43,853 nt of DNA, from IMG/VR virus record IMGVR_UViG_3300032225_001422, positions 1-43,853 of that record. The stretch is one strand, 5' to 3'. This DNA is from a virus. Taxonomy: Duplodnaviria > Caudoviricetes. This document shows positions 17,124-27,919 of this stretch, in pieces. Under the pieces are notes generated by a model that worked only from the letters and a program-made list of their open reading frames with translations, was not told where the DNA came from and made no database searches. Made by a program: the position numbers and the translations under genes. The stretch's first letter is position 1; every line of letters begins with the position of its first letter.

Positions 17124-19330
17124 TGCGTCTTGTCAGCATCTCGCGACCGTTTGCTGGCGGCTACCGGTCGGATGCTCCCGACTACGCGCTGAACCTCAAC
17201 GAATCGTCCTACGCGCAAGATGTGATCGCACCGAAGGGGATCGCACGCCAGCGCTGGGGATGGGCGCTCGACGGAACGTCGAAGGCGTCCACCTACGCGC
17301 TTGTTGGCATCAACCGTATGTCGTACCCGTTCCCCGGGTCCATCGTCACGACGGCGACCGACGTTGAGGGCTACGTGTTCGCTCACAACGATACGACGAC
17401 CGGCACCGCTCTCTGGACGAACCCAGCCGACATCAGCACTACATGGATCCCGCGCTGCATGTACGGCGGTGATGTCATTTACTGCGCGCAGGACGGCGAG
17501 ACTCCGCTGCTTCGGTACGCGGGCGCGTCGTTCGGTTACGCCGACGGCATTGCGACCCCCGGCAGCGGAACTTGGTATCTGCCAAAGGGATCTGCGTCGC
17601 TGAAGGCTGGAACGATCACGTGGCCGGTCAAGACCTCAAAGGGCACGTTTATCACCGCGACCTATCGGGCGTCGAGCGCAACGAATAAGAACTCTAAGCA
17701 GCCGATGTTCTCTGTCCGTGCGCTTGCGACTGACGACTCACTCAAGACGATCACCGTTGAGGGAATCAGGAACGCAACGACGACTGACACCTACACGGAC
17801 GCAGCTCCCGTGTACGTCCTTCCGGTGGGCACAACGTATCCGTGCGTATCCATCCATGACACGGGAACTGTCGCATCTGTTTCGTCTGGCAACACCTCGT
17901 CAACGATCACGATGTCGAGCGCTGACCTCGGAAGTATCTTCGCCAAGTCGGGGGTCATGGCCGACGCGCTGATGATCCAAAACAACACACCCGGCGACCC
18001 ACACGACATCGGGACGATCACCGCGGTTGACTCGACCGCTTCGACAATTACCGTCAGCTCGCCGGTCACTTCGCAGACGAACGCCGCATACAAGGTTCTT
18101 CGCCGTTGCCCATTCAAGGACGCAACGGTGCACAAGGGTTCCTTCTGGGGAACTGGCGTCAACGCATACCCCAACCGGGTATATGCGGCACCCCCCCTCT
18201 GGAACATGGGCATTGCTCCAACTGCCGTGGAGCCATATGACCCAACGGAGGACAGCGATTTCGTAGATGTCGCCGACTTCCTGATGATGCCGATTGATGT
18301 TCCGTCGGCGTATGACGGTGATCCCGTCGTTGCCATTCTCCCCTCAAACGGCCCGCTCCTTGTGCTCAAGCGCGCCTCTGTCTATGGGATCTACGGCACG
18401 CACCCGTCGTTCGAGCAGACGTTGATCACGAACGGGTCAGGCTGCGTTGACCTTCGTTCGGCGATCAACGTGGACGGCGTGTCGTATTGGGCTGGCAAGG
18501 ACGGGATCTACCTCTACAACCTCGCAGGCCAGATTCAGAACATCACCGCTGGTCGCATCGAGCGAGAGTGGCAGGGGCTCATGCGCGGGTACAACAGCGG
18601 CTCGTGGGTGACTTCCGGCGTTATCGGCGGCTACCTGATTGTTTCGTGCGGGAATCTTGACGCCACCGCGACGACTGCCGCAAAGCTCGGGCCTGACGAA
18701 TCCAACCCGGAACGCCGCACGTTCATCTACGACCTTCGCCAGCAGGTGTGGCTTGGTCGCATCTCCAACATGCCAGCGCAGGCAATGCACTCGACGCGAG
18801 TCTCCGGCGAGGTCAATGCGCTTCTTTGGACAAGCCAGTACGTGACTGGTATGACCGGCTACGTCGCAGACGCGGCGCCGATGATTACCGGGACAAAGGT
18901 CACTGCTCGCACCGCGCAGACGACCACCGACGCATCATCTACCGATTACGTCGCTGGTGGCCCCGCTATGGAGGCATGGACCGGATTCGGACTTGCTCAG
19001 GCGCAGGGCGTCGAGGGAGAGGCGCGGTTCTGCGATCTCGCTGTTCACACGAACATCTACGACGGGACGAACTCTCCACAGTCGTATTCATCGCTCAGTC
19101 TCACGACAGCACACGGCGACGGTCTGTTTGAGAACAGCACTTCAACGAAGTCGCTCACCGCCATTACCGGTGACACGACAAACCGTATTGATCGCTCCAA
19201 GCGCAAGATCAATAAGACCGGGCGCCTTCACCAGTTGCGCGTGGAAGTGACATCCACGAGTCCAACACTCAAGAACTCAGAGATCCCGGAAGTCGTTGCC
19301 ACGTTCCGCGACACAAGGCGGGTCACGTGA
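17123..19330 (+). CDS. Putative tail nozzle / stabilisation protein (podovirus type)
   Basis: Beta-rich; LLVLKRASVYGIYG..GCV..RS..YWAGKDGIYLY motif; follows adaptor. Confidence 0.65.
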   Translation: MRLVSISRPFAGGYRSDAPDYALNLNESSYAQDVIAPKGIARQRWGWALDGTSKASTYALVGINRMSYPFPGSIVTTATDVEGYVFAHNDTTTGTALWTNPADISTTWIPRCMYGGDVIYCAQDGETPLLRYAGASFGYADGIATPGSGTWYLPKGSASLKAGTITWPVKTSKGTFITATYRASSATNKNSKQPMFSVRALATDDSLKTITVEGIRNATTTDTYTDAAPVYVLPVGTTYPCVSIHDTGTVASVSSGNTSSTITMSSADLGSIFAKSGVMADALMIQNNTPGDPHDIGTITAVDSTASTITVSSPVTSQTNAAYKVLRRCPFKDATVHKGSFWGTGVNAYPNRVYAAPPLWNMGIAPTAVEPYDPTEDSDFVDVADFLMMPIDVPSAYDGDPVVAILPSNGPLLVLKRASVYGIYGTHPSFEQTLITNGSGCVDLRSAINVDGVSYWAGKDGIYLYNLAGQIQNITAGRIEREWQGLMRGYNSGSWVTSGVIGGYLIVSCGNLDATATTAAKLGPDESNPERRTFIYDLRQQVWLGRISNMPAQAMHSTRVSGEVNALLWTSQYVTGMTGYVADAAPMITGTKVTARTAQTTTDASSTDYVAGGPAMEAWTGFGLAQAQGVEGEARFCDLAVHTNIYDGTNSPQSYSSLSLTTAHGDGLFENSTSTKSLTAITGDTTNRIDRSKRKINKTGRLHQLRVEVTSTSPTLKNSEIPEVVATFRDTRRVT

Positions 19331-19887
19331 GCACGTTTGATTGGGGACTTGCAGATCCGCAGCAGGTGAACCTCCCCGCTGGCGATGTCATTCCGCAGAC
19401 CGCGCAATCGGCGGCGCTTGCTGACGCATTTCGTCAGTCGTCGCTTACTTCATTCTTCCCGCCGCAAACTGCTTCGAGCGATGCGCAAAACAGCAGCGGT
19501 TTGGGAATCCAGAACGTCAAGCGCGGGTTTGGACTGTTCCGCGCCAAGTATGGCGGAACGTATGTCGGCCTTGATTTTCAGGTCAATTCCGCAACTTGGA
19601 AGGACGTTGGACCTGACGTTGCTGGCGTCGTTGCTACGTCCGGTCGCCCCGTCATCATCTTTATCGAAGGGAACTTCTACGTAAGTTCCGGTGCTACTAG
19701 GGATGTCAGCATTTCTATTGACGGAGATCCTGTTGCAGATACGGCGCTTATCAGTAGCGCTGGACAGTTTTTCCGTTCGTGGAGTGTTACTCCGTCAAGT
19801 GGAAATCATAAATACACGATGATCTGGCGCGGTGATTTGGTTATGCCCCGTTCCTCATACCCAACACTTACTGTTGTGGAGTTGTAG
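19327..19887 (+). CDS. Putative tail protein
   Basis: Beta-rich C-terminus with more AT-rich codons. Confidence 0.5.
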   Translation: MSTFDWGLADPQQVNLPAGDVIPQTAQSAALADAFRQSSLTSFFPPQTASSDAQNSSGLGIQNVKRGFGLFRAKYGGTYVGLDFQVNSATWKDVGPDVAGVVATSGRPVIIFIEGNFYVSSGATRDVSISIDGDPVADTALISSAGQFFRSWSVTPSSGNHKYTMIWRGDLVMPRSSYPTLTVVEL

Positions 19888-20762
19888 TGCCCACTAATTA
19901 CTTCAGTCCAGTTACGTATCTTCCGCGTCAGCCGATCAAGTCCGCGTTCACGCAGACGCCAATTGCTCCTCTTGATCAGGGCACGATTGACACGATCAAT
20001 AATCAGGGGGCAGGGGCGTTTGCAAACGGCGCCGGTCCAAACTCAGCAGCCCGCGCGCTCCTCGCGACTCAGCTTGGTACTGGCCCCGACTCGCTCACGA
20101 CGCAGGCCAACACGCAGATGGGCCTTGCAAACCAGAATGTTCGCAAGGCGCTCCGTGGCTACGGCGGAGTGTCGTTCGGTGTTGACGACACCAGCACGCC
20201 AGATGTCAACGAGGGGCTGATGGTCAACTACCAGCCTGACAAGTTGGGATCGAGGGATCGTCAGGCAGTCATTGCGGCGCGCTCGCAGGCCAACGCACGA
20301 GGTATGGCCTACTCAGGATTCGGCGATCAGTTGGTCGGTGCGGCGCTTCAGCGGACGACTGAGGAAGCGCGGGCGATCGTCGGCCAGTACGCACAGCAGA
20401 TCAATCAGATCGCGACGACGACCAATCAGAATGTGCAGTCGGCGATTACAACGCTCGGCGGTCTTTACGGTTCCGACACCACGTGGAACTTGCAGCAGGA
20501 GGCGGCAAAGCCTCCGCCCACCCCGCCCGCTCCGGTTGATCCGGCTCCTGCTGCGCCAGATCCCAACGCCGGGTGGATCCCGACTCCGGTCCAGCCGACT
20601 CCCTACCCGGGGTGGACGCCTTCGCCTGCCGGTCCTCCGGGGCGCAAGGTGTACGCAAAGGGCACGACCCCCGGGCCCAAGACGCTCGACCAGATTTACG
20701 GCCCCGGGCGCTGGATCAAGACGGTCGCGGGCGACGGACGAATTGTCATCTCATGGCAGTAA
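19887..20762 (+). CDS. Putative internal virion (ejection) protein
   Basis: Gln/Ala-rich, ANARGMAYSG motif, Pro-rich linker. Confidence 0.55.
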   Translation: MPTNYFSPVTYLPRQPIKSAFTQTPIAPLDQGTIDTINNQGAGAFANGAGPNSAARALLATQLGTGPDSLTTQANTQMGLANQNVRKALRGYGGVSFGVDDTSTPDVNEGLMVNYQPDKLGSRDRQAVIAARSQANARGMAYSGFGDQLVGAALQRTTEEARAIVGQYAQQINQIATTTNQNVQSAITTLGGLYGSDTTWNLQQEAAKPPPTPPAPVDPAPAAPDPNAGWIPTPVQPTPYPGWTPSPAGPPGRKVYAKGTTPGPKTLDQIYGPGRWIKTVAGDGRIVISWQ

Positions 20763-20787
20763 CGACGACTACCAATAGGCGCTTCTA

Positions 20788-22224
20788 ATGGCACGGCGAT
20801 ACACACTCCCCAACCTGAATAACTACGGCGGTCCCGATGTCACGCTTGGGACCGACCCGATGGTTCGCCGCTACGCACCGAGTGGGGCAATCAGGAAGGC
20901 AACGACCCTTGCCGACCCCAACACTTACGACATCGCGACGCAGCGCGGCCTCAGCATCAAGCGCGGCGCCAAGACGCGACTTGGGCAGCGCGACCTTCTC
21001 GTTGATCGCAACGGTCGTGTCATTGCCGCGCTGAACCCGGGCGGAGCAGGCGCAACCAAGAATCAGCTTGCGTTCATTGATAACGGCGCGGGTGGAAGAA
21101 AGATGGTTGTTCGCCGCGGCGCCGCGCCAGCACTCCCCGGTGCGCCGAATGGCGACAACGGCGGTGGAGGCGGCGGGCCAGTTGACCCGTATCAGAAGTA
21201 TCGCGACTCGGGGTACGGCTTTGCCGCCGACTACTTGACGGGACTCGACACCGGCTACAACAACTTCAACGACTACGTAACCAAGACTGCGATTCCCGGT
21301 GTGAGCGCGATGACGAAGGCGCTTGGCACGCTTTCGGCCAACGCAAGCAGCGGTTACAAGGATCTCGTCAAGAACTACGCGGGCTCCGCTGGCAACGTCG
21401 CATCGGCAATGACGACGCCGCAGGTTGCGGGCGCCACTGGTGGCGTCGTCGTCGCACCAAACCAGAACGCTCTTGCGGCGCAGCAGGGCATGGCTGCCGC
21501 TGCGCAGACCGGTCGCGAACTGTTCGCCGGTCAACAGTCAGTCGCCGACGCGCTCGGCGCCGAGAAGATGGCTGGCGCAACCAATGCCTACGTGACCAAC
21601 TACGCATCTGGGCTGCTCAACCAGTATGCGCAGAAGCGTGTTGACCAGCGCCTCAAGTTGGATCAGTGGATCTCAGACTCTCAGGCTGCCGCTGACAAGG
21701 CGCAGCAGGACTACGACCTCAAGCTGATGGGCTTTGACCAGAGCATGATCAACTCGCTCATTATCTCCGGCGACCGCGCTGCTGCACGCGGACTCACGGC
21801 GCGTGGTCAGGACATGACGGCGCAGGCGGAAAAGGACAGGGCACAGGCAATAAAGGATGCTGCGGCAATCCGTGCCCAAGCAATTCGTGACGCCGCTGCC
21901 GCTCGCAAAGCCGGAAAAGTTCCAAAGGCAATCAACGGCGACTCGATGAAGTCAACCGTTCAAAAGGCGTGGAACCCGCCGACGCTTCAAGCCGGGCAGA
22001 TTCCTCCGCCCGGAGGCAACCACTCAACGTGGGGCGGGGCAAACGAGGACATCAATGCAAAGCGTCAGGCGCTTGTTGGCTTCATCAACGCGCGCCGCGC
22101 AAACTTCCCCGGCCTGACTAAGAAGAACGCAAGCGTCGTCCGCCTCTGGCTTGGGAGCATCAGCGGACTCAATGGTGACGACATCAACGAGGTCATCACT
22201 CAGTTGAAGCAACTCCTCCCATGA
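20788..22224 (+). CDS. Putative internal virion (ejection) protein
   Basis: Ala/Gly/Gln-rich helical protein, TARGQD motif. Confidence 0.55.
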   Translation: MARRYTLPNLNNYGGPDVTLGTDPMVRRYAPSGAIRKATTLADPNTYDIATQRGLSIKRGAKTRLGQRDLLVDRNGRVIAALNPGGAGATKNQLAFIDNGAGGRKMVVRRGAAPALPGAPNGDNGGGGGGPVDPYQKYRDSGYGFAADYLTGLDTGYNNFNDYVTKTAIPGVSAMTKALGTLSANASSGYKDLVKNYAGSAGNVASAMTTPQVAGATGGVVVAPNQNALAAQQGMAAAAQTGRELFAGQQSVADALGAEKMAGATNAYVTNYASGLLNQYAQKRVDQRLKLDQWISDSQAAADKAQQDYDLKLMGFDQSMINSLIISGDRAAARGLTARGQDMTAQAEKDRAQAIKDAAAIRAQAIRDAAAARKAGKVPKAINGDSMKSTVQKAWNPPTLQAGQIPPPGGNHSTWGGANEDINAKRQALVGFINARRANFPGLTKKNASVVRLWLGSISGLNGDDINEVITQLKQLLP

Positions 22225-25200
22225 GCGAGTCAATCTTCTCATTTGTTGGGAAGGGCGTAAGCAGCGTCGGAAAGACTGTCGCCGCTGCCGGAGCTGCTGC
22301 CCAGAAGAATCAAGCCAAGAATAACCCGACGCGGAAGATTGCATCGTCTGCGCCAACTACCGGTCTCCTTGCAAAGACCAAAAGCGGGCAGATCGTTCGG
22401 CTCAACGGTCCGGTCATGCCGTACCGAGTCGGGAACAAAGTTGTTCAGCCAAGTTCGTACATACAGCCCGGGGTACTTTCTCCGGCGAGCGGCAAGAGGA
22501 TTACGGGCAAGCCGACCACTGCATCAGTAGCGGGTGGCGGTTCCGCAGCGCGCACTCCTGCTGGTCCGAAACTGGGGATCAGGAATCTCGGTGGCGTACC
22601 GCTCACCGCCGAGCAGTCAGGTTGGCTCGACACGCTTCGCAAGCAGTCCGCGGCAAACGCAAAAGCAAATGCTGATGCGAGCGGCGGTTCGATGCAGAAT
22701 GACACGCCGTGGGGTTGGGTCGCTGAAAAAGCTGGCAACTTCCTCGGTGGCGCCGTCAAGTTCGCTGAGTCGCCAGCAGCCATCGGTGCCGATGCGCTCA
22801 AGCAGGCGGTTGATCTTGGTATTGCCAGTTCACCGCTCGTCAATATCGTCAATCCGGGCGCAGCCAAGAAGTCTGGAACGCGCGCCAAGAAACGATACGT
22901 TCGTGACACCGTTGCGCCAGCAGAGGCGTACAAGCAGAAGTACGTTGACCCGTTCCTTGCCGGTGGCGGCGGCGCATCACAGCTTGTGGACAATATGGGC
23001 AATGACTTGTTCGGTACGACGCTTGATGTACTCGGCGCAGCGTCTGCCGGTACTGGTCTTGTCGGCAAGGCGATCGGTGGCGCCGCAAAGGGCGCTGCGT
23101 GGTACGACGCAACGCAGTCAGCGCGTGCAGCACGTAGCGCGGGTGCGGGCGGCGCAACGAACGTCAAGATGGGCGCTGCGGCAAAGGCGGGTAAGTGGGC
23201 GCGTGGCTACCTGACTCACGCAGACCGCGCCACGACCAAGATGCCGGGGCGTCAGTACAACCCCAACTCCCCGGACTACGTGATCCGTCCAAAGGGAAGC
23301 CCGCCTCCGCCCCCCGGCGCTCCGCAGCCGATCGCTCGCGTTGGCAAGGTGGACATCTACCCGGCGCAGGGCGTGCAGCCGGGGCGCATCCGTGGACCGA
23401 AGATCGTCAAGCCCCCTGAACTCACTCCGTCTGGCGACGCAATGCCTGTCATGCCAGCAATCGAAATACCTCGCGGGCCGCGCGGCGGGAACCCGATCAC
23501 AAACGCCGCGCTGAAGAAGATTGACTCCGCCTCGACTGCCGTCGGCGAGAAGTTGAACCCGCTCGGCGAACCGATGTTCAAGGCGCCCGACTTCCTTGTG
23601 CGCGCCTTCGGGAACCTTCCGCAGTCGCGCTACGAGTCGGCCATCAAGAAGATGGCAACCGAGGACGCCTACGGCGCACAGGAAGCCATTGACCGCTTCA
23701 TGGCCGACAACATGGCTGGCGTGGTGAAGGCGCGGAACAAGGTACCGCGCAGCCAGCGTGACCTTGCCGATGCCGCTGCATGGCTTCGCGTCAAGGGGCT
23801 CAACGTTATTGACAAGCCGTCCGGGTTCACCGATCGCAATTGGGGGCGTAACGAGTACCTGAATATGTGGTCGAAGGAGCTTGAGAGCCTGAAGGCCACT
23901 GGCGACAGGACGACGCTTCCGACGCAGCAGCACATTTCGCAAAACATTGAACTGCTCAAGAGCATCCCGGATGAGTGGCTTGACCCCGCAACCGCGCCAG
24001 CGGCGATCAACAACTACGTCGCTGCTGCAATCAAGACCTCATCCAAGACGCAGGCAGTCGCGCAGGACACAACCGGTATCTCCGCACCGACTGCAACCGG
24101 CAGCCAGATTCGCGCTCAGGCGGTCGCGCTTGGAGCGAAGCCGCTCGAAGAAGTGTTGACCGGGTACAACCAACTCATTGATCGCGCTGTGTCAATGCGC
24201 GACAACGGAACCGAGAATCAGACTGCGCGCGGAGCAAGACTGGTTCCTCGCTTGCGTAACCGTAGGGATCAGGTCGAACTCAACACGCTTGCCGATAACC
24301 CCCAGTACCTTCAGGCGCTTGACCGTGTGAATCGTGCTCAGAGCAAGGTTGACCAGTTCCGCGGAACGCCGATGAACAGCAAGCAGATTGCGGCTGTCAA
24401 CGAACTTACTGACGCAAAGGCACACTTCGCAAACGTCCGCGAAAAGGCGGTCGGTGCTGCGTGGCGTCCGGGTCGTCGCCCCGCGGACCTACCGCTTGGC
24501 AACTACCTAAAGGACGTTTCACCGCTTCGCGGGTCCGGCTACACGCAGCCCGGGCTTTCGAGCAACCCGATCGCAATGGGTCCGCCGCGTATCAAGATGA
24601 GCAAGGGAGTCCTTCTTCGTCAGGGGACCGTCAGCCTCAACCCGCTTGAGTCGCTTGTCAGTCAGGTCAACACCGCTGCGCGCATGTACGTCGGAAGTCG
24701 CAGGGTCTCGAAGTTCGTTGATGACAATGTTGTTCGTTCGGAAGTCTCCGGTAGCCCGCTTGTCGGCAGGAAGGCGGAACTGGCTGCGAAGAACAGCCGT
24801 GGTCTTTACGTCGCAAAGCCGGTGGACAGCTTGATCGAGATGATGGATCTCGCGGGCACTCCGCTCGCAACGCAGTTGCGCGAATCAATCGCTGCGGAAC
24901 TTGGCGAAGCAGAGCCTCACGTGATCCTGATGCCGAAGGCGGCACTTGACGCATGGGCCAGTGTGACTCGCGCTGGTCGCGTGAAGGGACTGGACGCTGC
25001 AACCAATGCCTTCAAGGGCAGTGTCCTGATCACAAGTCCGCGTTGGTACTTCCAGAACATTGTCGGTCAGTGGGGGCACTTTTTCCTTCAGGCTGGTCCC
25101 GACATCGTTTCGATGCAGCTCGCGCGTAACCCAGAGTTCCAGCGCCTTATCCCGGACATCATCCACGAAAACAAGTTTTCAGCCAACGTGCTTTCACAAA

Positions 25201-26345
25201 AGCAGTTGGACGCGGGTATCACCGGGCAGGGCGCCGTCGCGAAGGCTGCGAAGTGGGCCTACTCGTTCAACGCTCGCTTCGAGCAAGTGCCACGCCTTGC
25301 GGCATACGCGCACTCACTGAAGAAGGGAATGGCCGACAACTCCATTCTCGCTGGCCGGTTTATGTCGGAGGGCGAGGTCATGGCTGGCCTCAAGTACCTG
25401 ACTGACGGAGCGGCCCGCGGCGAGAAGTGGGCAGAGGACATCATTGATCAGGCGATCAAGGAGTCCATGTTCTTTCAGGGGGACTACGTAAGGTTCAACG
25501 CTTTCGAGCGTTCATTCCTCAAGCGCTTCTTTCCCTTCTACGCATGGATGCGAACGGTCGTAAGACTCGCGCTCAAGTTGCCGTTCAAGTATCCCAAGCG
25601 CACGGCACTCCTCAACGTCGCCGCGACAATGGCGCAGCAGTTGTGGAATCTTGACGAGGCAGAGCGCTATTGGGGCAAGCTCGGCACGTTTGCCTTTGGC
25701 CGCTATTGGGATCTTGGTTCCTACAACTCCGGCTCGTTCATCGTTGACGCCGCTTCTCCAATCAGGGATATGCTGAATCAAGGCGGATTGGACCCCGGGG
25801 AACTTGCGGCTGCGCTGATGGGAACACTTGCTCCATCGGCGAATCCAGTAGTCGCAATGTTCTTCAATACTGCAAGCAACCAGACTTCGCTTGGCACGCC
25901 GATGACTGAGCCCCCCGGCTATCAGGGCGTGTACGAGGCTCCGGGCGGCGGCAAGTACCGGTACAACGCTGCCACCGGGACCGTGGACTACGCACAGACG
26001 TATGTCTCCCCCGTAGCGCAGGCGCTCAACACGAACGCTTGGTCACGCCTTGCAAGTCAGGCAATGCTCGGCGGTAAGCCGCTCTCAACTACTACGCCCT
26101 TCGGCGCTCTTGCGTACCGCGCTGGCGTTGGTGAGCCCGCCGACTACATGCAGGCGCCGCCGAAGTACGCGAAGCCGCTTGAGGAGGACAAGTGGACCGC
26201 AATCACAAGGATCTTTGGCGCGCCTGCGTACAAGCCCAACGTCAGGGCGCTTATTGATCAGCAGGCGGCGCGTGCCCAGAGTTGGTGGAACGGAGCCAAC
26301 TCCGCATACAAGAGTCGCTACAACACGAACGCCCGGAGACCGTAA
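22221..26345 (+). CDS. Large internal virion / DNA ejection protein
   Basis: 1374 aa, Ala/Gly-rich; GDY..F..FER..LKRFFPFYAW motif; last of three increasingly large genes after the tail genes. Confidence 0.6.
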   Translation: MSESIFSFVGKGVSSVGKTVAAAGAAAQKNQAKNNPTRKIASSAPTTGLLAKTKSGQIVRLNGPVMPYRVGNKVVQPSSYIQPGVLSPASGKRITGKPTTASVAGGGSAARTPAGPKLGIRNLGGVPLTAEQSGWLDTLRKQSAANAKANADASGGSMQNDTPWGWVAEKAGNFLGGAVKFAESPAAIGADALKQAVDLGIASSPLVNIVNPGAAKKSGTRAKKRYVRDTVAPAEAYKQKYVDPFLAGGGGASQLVDNMGNDLFGTTLDVLGAASAGTGLVGKAIGGAAKGAAWYDATQSARAARSAGAGGATNVKMGAAAKAGKWARGYLTHADRATTKMPGRQYNPNSPDYVIRPKGSPPPPPGAPQPIARVGKVDIYPAQGVQPGRIRGPKIVKPPELTPSGDAMPVMPAIEIPRGPRGGNPITNAALKKIDSASTAVGEKLNPLGEPMFKAPDFLVRAFGNLPQSRYESAIKKMATEDAYGAQEAIDRFMADNMAGVVKARNKVPRSQRDLADAAAWLRVKGLNVIDKPSGFTDRNWGRNEYLNMWSKELESLKATGDRTTLPTQQHISQNIELLKSIPDEWLDPATAPAAINNYVAAAIKTSSKTQAVAQDTTGISAPTATGSQIRAQAVALGAKPLEEVLTGYNQLIDRAVSMRDNGTENQTARGARLVPRLRNRRDQVELNTLADNPQYLQALDRVNRAQSKVDQFRGTPMNSKQIAAVNELTDAKAHFANVREKAVGAAWRPGRRPADLPLGNYLKDVSPLRGSGYTQPGLSSNPIAMGPPRIKMSKGVLLRQGTVSLNPLESLVSQVNTAARMYVGSRRVSKFVDDNVVRSEVSGSPLVGRKAELAAKNSRGLYVAKPVDSLIEMMDLAGTPLATQLRESIAAELGEAEPHVILMPKAALDAWASVTRAGRVKGLDAATNAFKGSVLITSPRWYFQNIVGQWGHFFLQAGPDIVSMQLARNPEFQRLIPDIIHENKFSANVLSQKQLDAGITGQGAVAKAAKWAYSFNARFEQVPRLAAYAHSLKKGMADNSILAGRFMSEGEVMAGLKYLTDGAARGEKWAEDIIDQAIKESMFFQGDYVRFNAFERSFLKRFFPFYAWMRTVVRLALKLPFKYPKRTALLNVAATMAQQLWNLDEAERYWGKLGTFAFGRYWDLGSYNSGSFIVDAASPIRDMLNQGGLDPGELAAALMGTLAPSANPVVAMFFNTASNQTSLGTPMTEPPGYQGVYEAPGGGKYRYNAATGTVDYAQTYVSPVAQALNTNAWSRLASQAMLGGKPLSTTTPFGALAYRAGVGEPADYMQAPPKYAKPLEEDKWTAITRIFGAPAYKPNVRALIDQQAARAQSWWNGANSAYKSRYNTNARRP

Positions 26346-27412
26346 TGGCCAACGCAATTCCAGACTTCCCAAGTTTCCAGCGTTCCCTCGCTGGCACCCC
26401 AATGGCAGGCGAGGCTCGCGGCATCTACAACGCTGCGATCAAGGGCGGCATCAACCCCGCCTTTGTCGTTGGGCTTGCGATGTCGGAGTCGTCCGGTGGC
26501 AAGGCTGGCTACGCAGTCGGCACGCACAACCCATTTGGGCTTGGCGTTCATCAGGGGTGGAAGTTCAACACCTACGCCGACGCAACCTCGAAGCTTGCTT
26601 CGACCCTTCATGGCCTCGGGTACCCGGACCTCTACAAGAAGTCCGGCATCCGCGGAGTCATCGGTCAGTACACACCATTCGGTGACGCCTCAAATAACCC
26701 CAACAGCCACACGACAAACATCGAGCAGTACGGGAACAGGACAGGCGGCAACGCTGCGCAGGTGTACATCAATGGCGGGGCGCCCGTCGCTGGCGGCGCC
26801 CCGGCTTCTGGCATCGCTGCTAGCCCAACCGCAACTCCTGATTACTCGAAGATCATTTCAATGGCTCGCTCGCAGATGGACAACATGCGTAATGGTGGGC
26901 GCTACGACCGCACAGCCGGTCAGTCGCTTCGTGATGCAGTGGTCGGAATGATCGGGTCAAAGAACATCGGCGGCGGGGCCGTAAGTCCAGACGCAATCTC
27001 CGGTGCGCCTGCCGCCGGTTACTCTGGCTACCCGCTTGGCAAGCGCGGTCAGATCATCGGCACCCCGTACTCCGGTACGCATACGCTTGGGAATTGGGAG
27101 TCTGACAATGCGGTTGATGTTGGCGTTCCCGTGGGTACACCTGTGTACGCAGTTGCAAACGGTTCAATCGGATCGCAGTTCGGTGCGCTTGGGTCAAACA
27201 ACCCACGCATGGCGGGACTTCGCCTGCACCTGAACTCTGGTGGTGGTCATGAGTATTACTACGCGCACCTGTCGAAGTTCGCTCCGGGGATCAAGCCGGG
27301 ATCGCAGGTTGCGAAGGGGCAGTTGCTTGGGTACTCGGGCTCGGCCAACGGAACCGCGCACCTTCACTTCGGGGCGACCACAAACGACGACCCCCGAAAC
27401 TATTTCAAGTAG
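26345..27412 (+). CDS. Peptidoglycan hydrolase: lysozyme/glucosaminidase-like N-terminus plus M23 peptidase
   Basis: GLAMSESSGG..HNPFGL; AVDVGVPVGTPVYAVANG..YYYAHL..GQLLGYSG..AHLHF. Confidence 0.82.
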   Translation: MANAIPDFPSFQRSLAGTPMAGEARGIYNAAIKGGINPAFVVGLAMSESSGGKAGYAVGTHNPFGLGVHQGWKFNTYADATSKLASTLHGLGYPDLYKKSGIRGVIGQYTPFGDASNNPNSHTTNIEQYGNRTGGNAAQVYINGGAPVAGGAPASGIAASPTATPDYSKIISMARSQMDNMRNGGRYDRTAGQSLRDAVVGMIGSKNIGGGAVSPDAISGAPAAGYSGYPLGKRGQIIGTPYSGTHTLGNWESDNAVDVGVPVGTPVYAVANGSIGSQFGALGSNNPRMAGLRLHLNSGGGHEYYYAHLSKFAPGIKPGSQVAKGQLLGYSGSANGTAHLHFGATTNDDPRNYFK

Positions 27413-27458
27413 GGCAATGAATATGGGCAACGTCATAACCATGTGCAAAGATTCCTAA

Positions 27459-27743
27459 GTGGCTTCTCAAGACCCCCTACTCGCGCAAGTCCTCAAAGAA
27501 ATCCGCGAAACGCGGGAGACCCTTTTGACCGCTGACGAGAACATTCGCAAGGCACTTCTGGCTCTAACCGAAAGGGTGAAGATTCAGAATGGCCGCGTAA
27601 CCCGCCTAGAGGTTGATCTTGCCGAATATCGCGCAGCGCAGCGCGAGCGTTTCGCTCTCAAGCATGAAGTCTGGTCGTTCGTCGGAGCCTTCATTGCAGG
27701 CGGCGGGGCCACCCTGATCGCGATTCTGGTGGCGCTCCACTAA
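27459..27743 (+). CDS. Coiled-coil protein with C-terminal TM helix (lysis-associated)
   Basis: QNGRVTRLE followed by hydrophobic C-terminus. Confidence 0.6.
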   Translation: MASQDPLLAQVLKEIRETRETLLTADENIRKALLALTERVKIQNGRVTRLEVDLAEYRAAQRERFALKHEVWSFVGAFIAGGGATLIAILVALH

Positions 27744-27919
27744 TGGGGCCAAACACAAGTCTTGCCGCCATTGCGTTCGGCGGCGCGATCGGAACCGTCC
27801 TCGGATGGATCTCTGAGTCTGCTGGCGCCCCGATGCCGCCGCAGGTCGCAGCCGCCATCACAACCGTCATCGCAATCGTGTTCGGGTGGATGGTTCCCCC
27901 GGGAAGGAGCAAGGAATGA
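27743..27919 (+). CDS. Putative holin, 58 aa with two TM segments, not in the ORF track
   Basis: MGPNTSLAAIAFGGAIGTVLGWISESAGAPMPPQVAAAITTVIAIVFGWMVPPGRSKE*; TAATG and ATGA overlaps. Confidence 0.7.
   Translation: MGPNTSLAAIAFGGAIGTVLGWISESAGAPMPPQVAAAITTVIAIVFGWMVPPGRSKE

Noticed and set aside
22221-26345. Tape measure protein
   Set aside because: No tail tube or chaperone genes upstream; adaptor and nozzle context fits a podoviral ejection protein better
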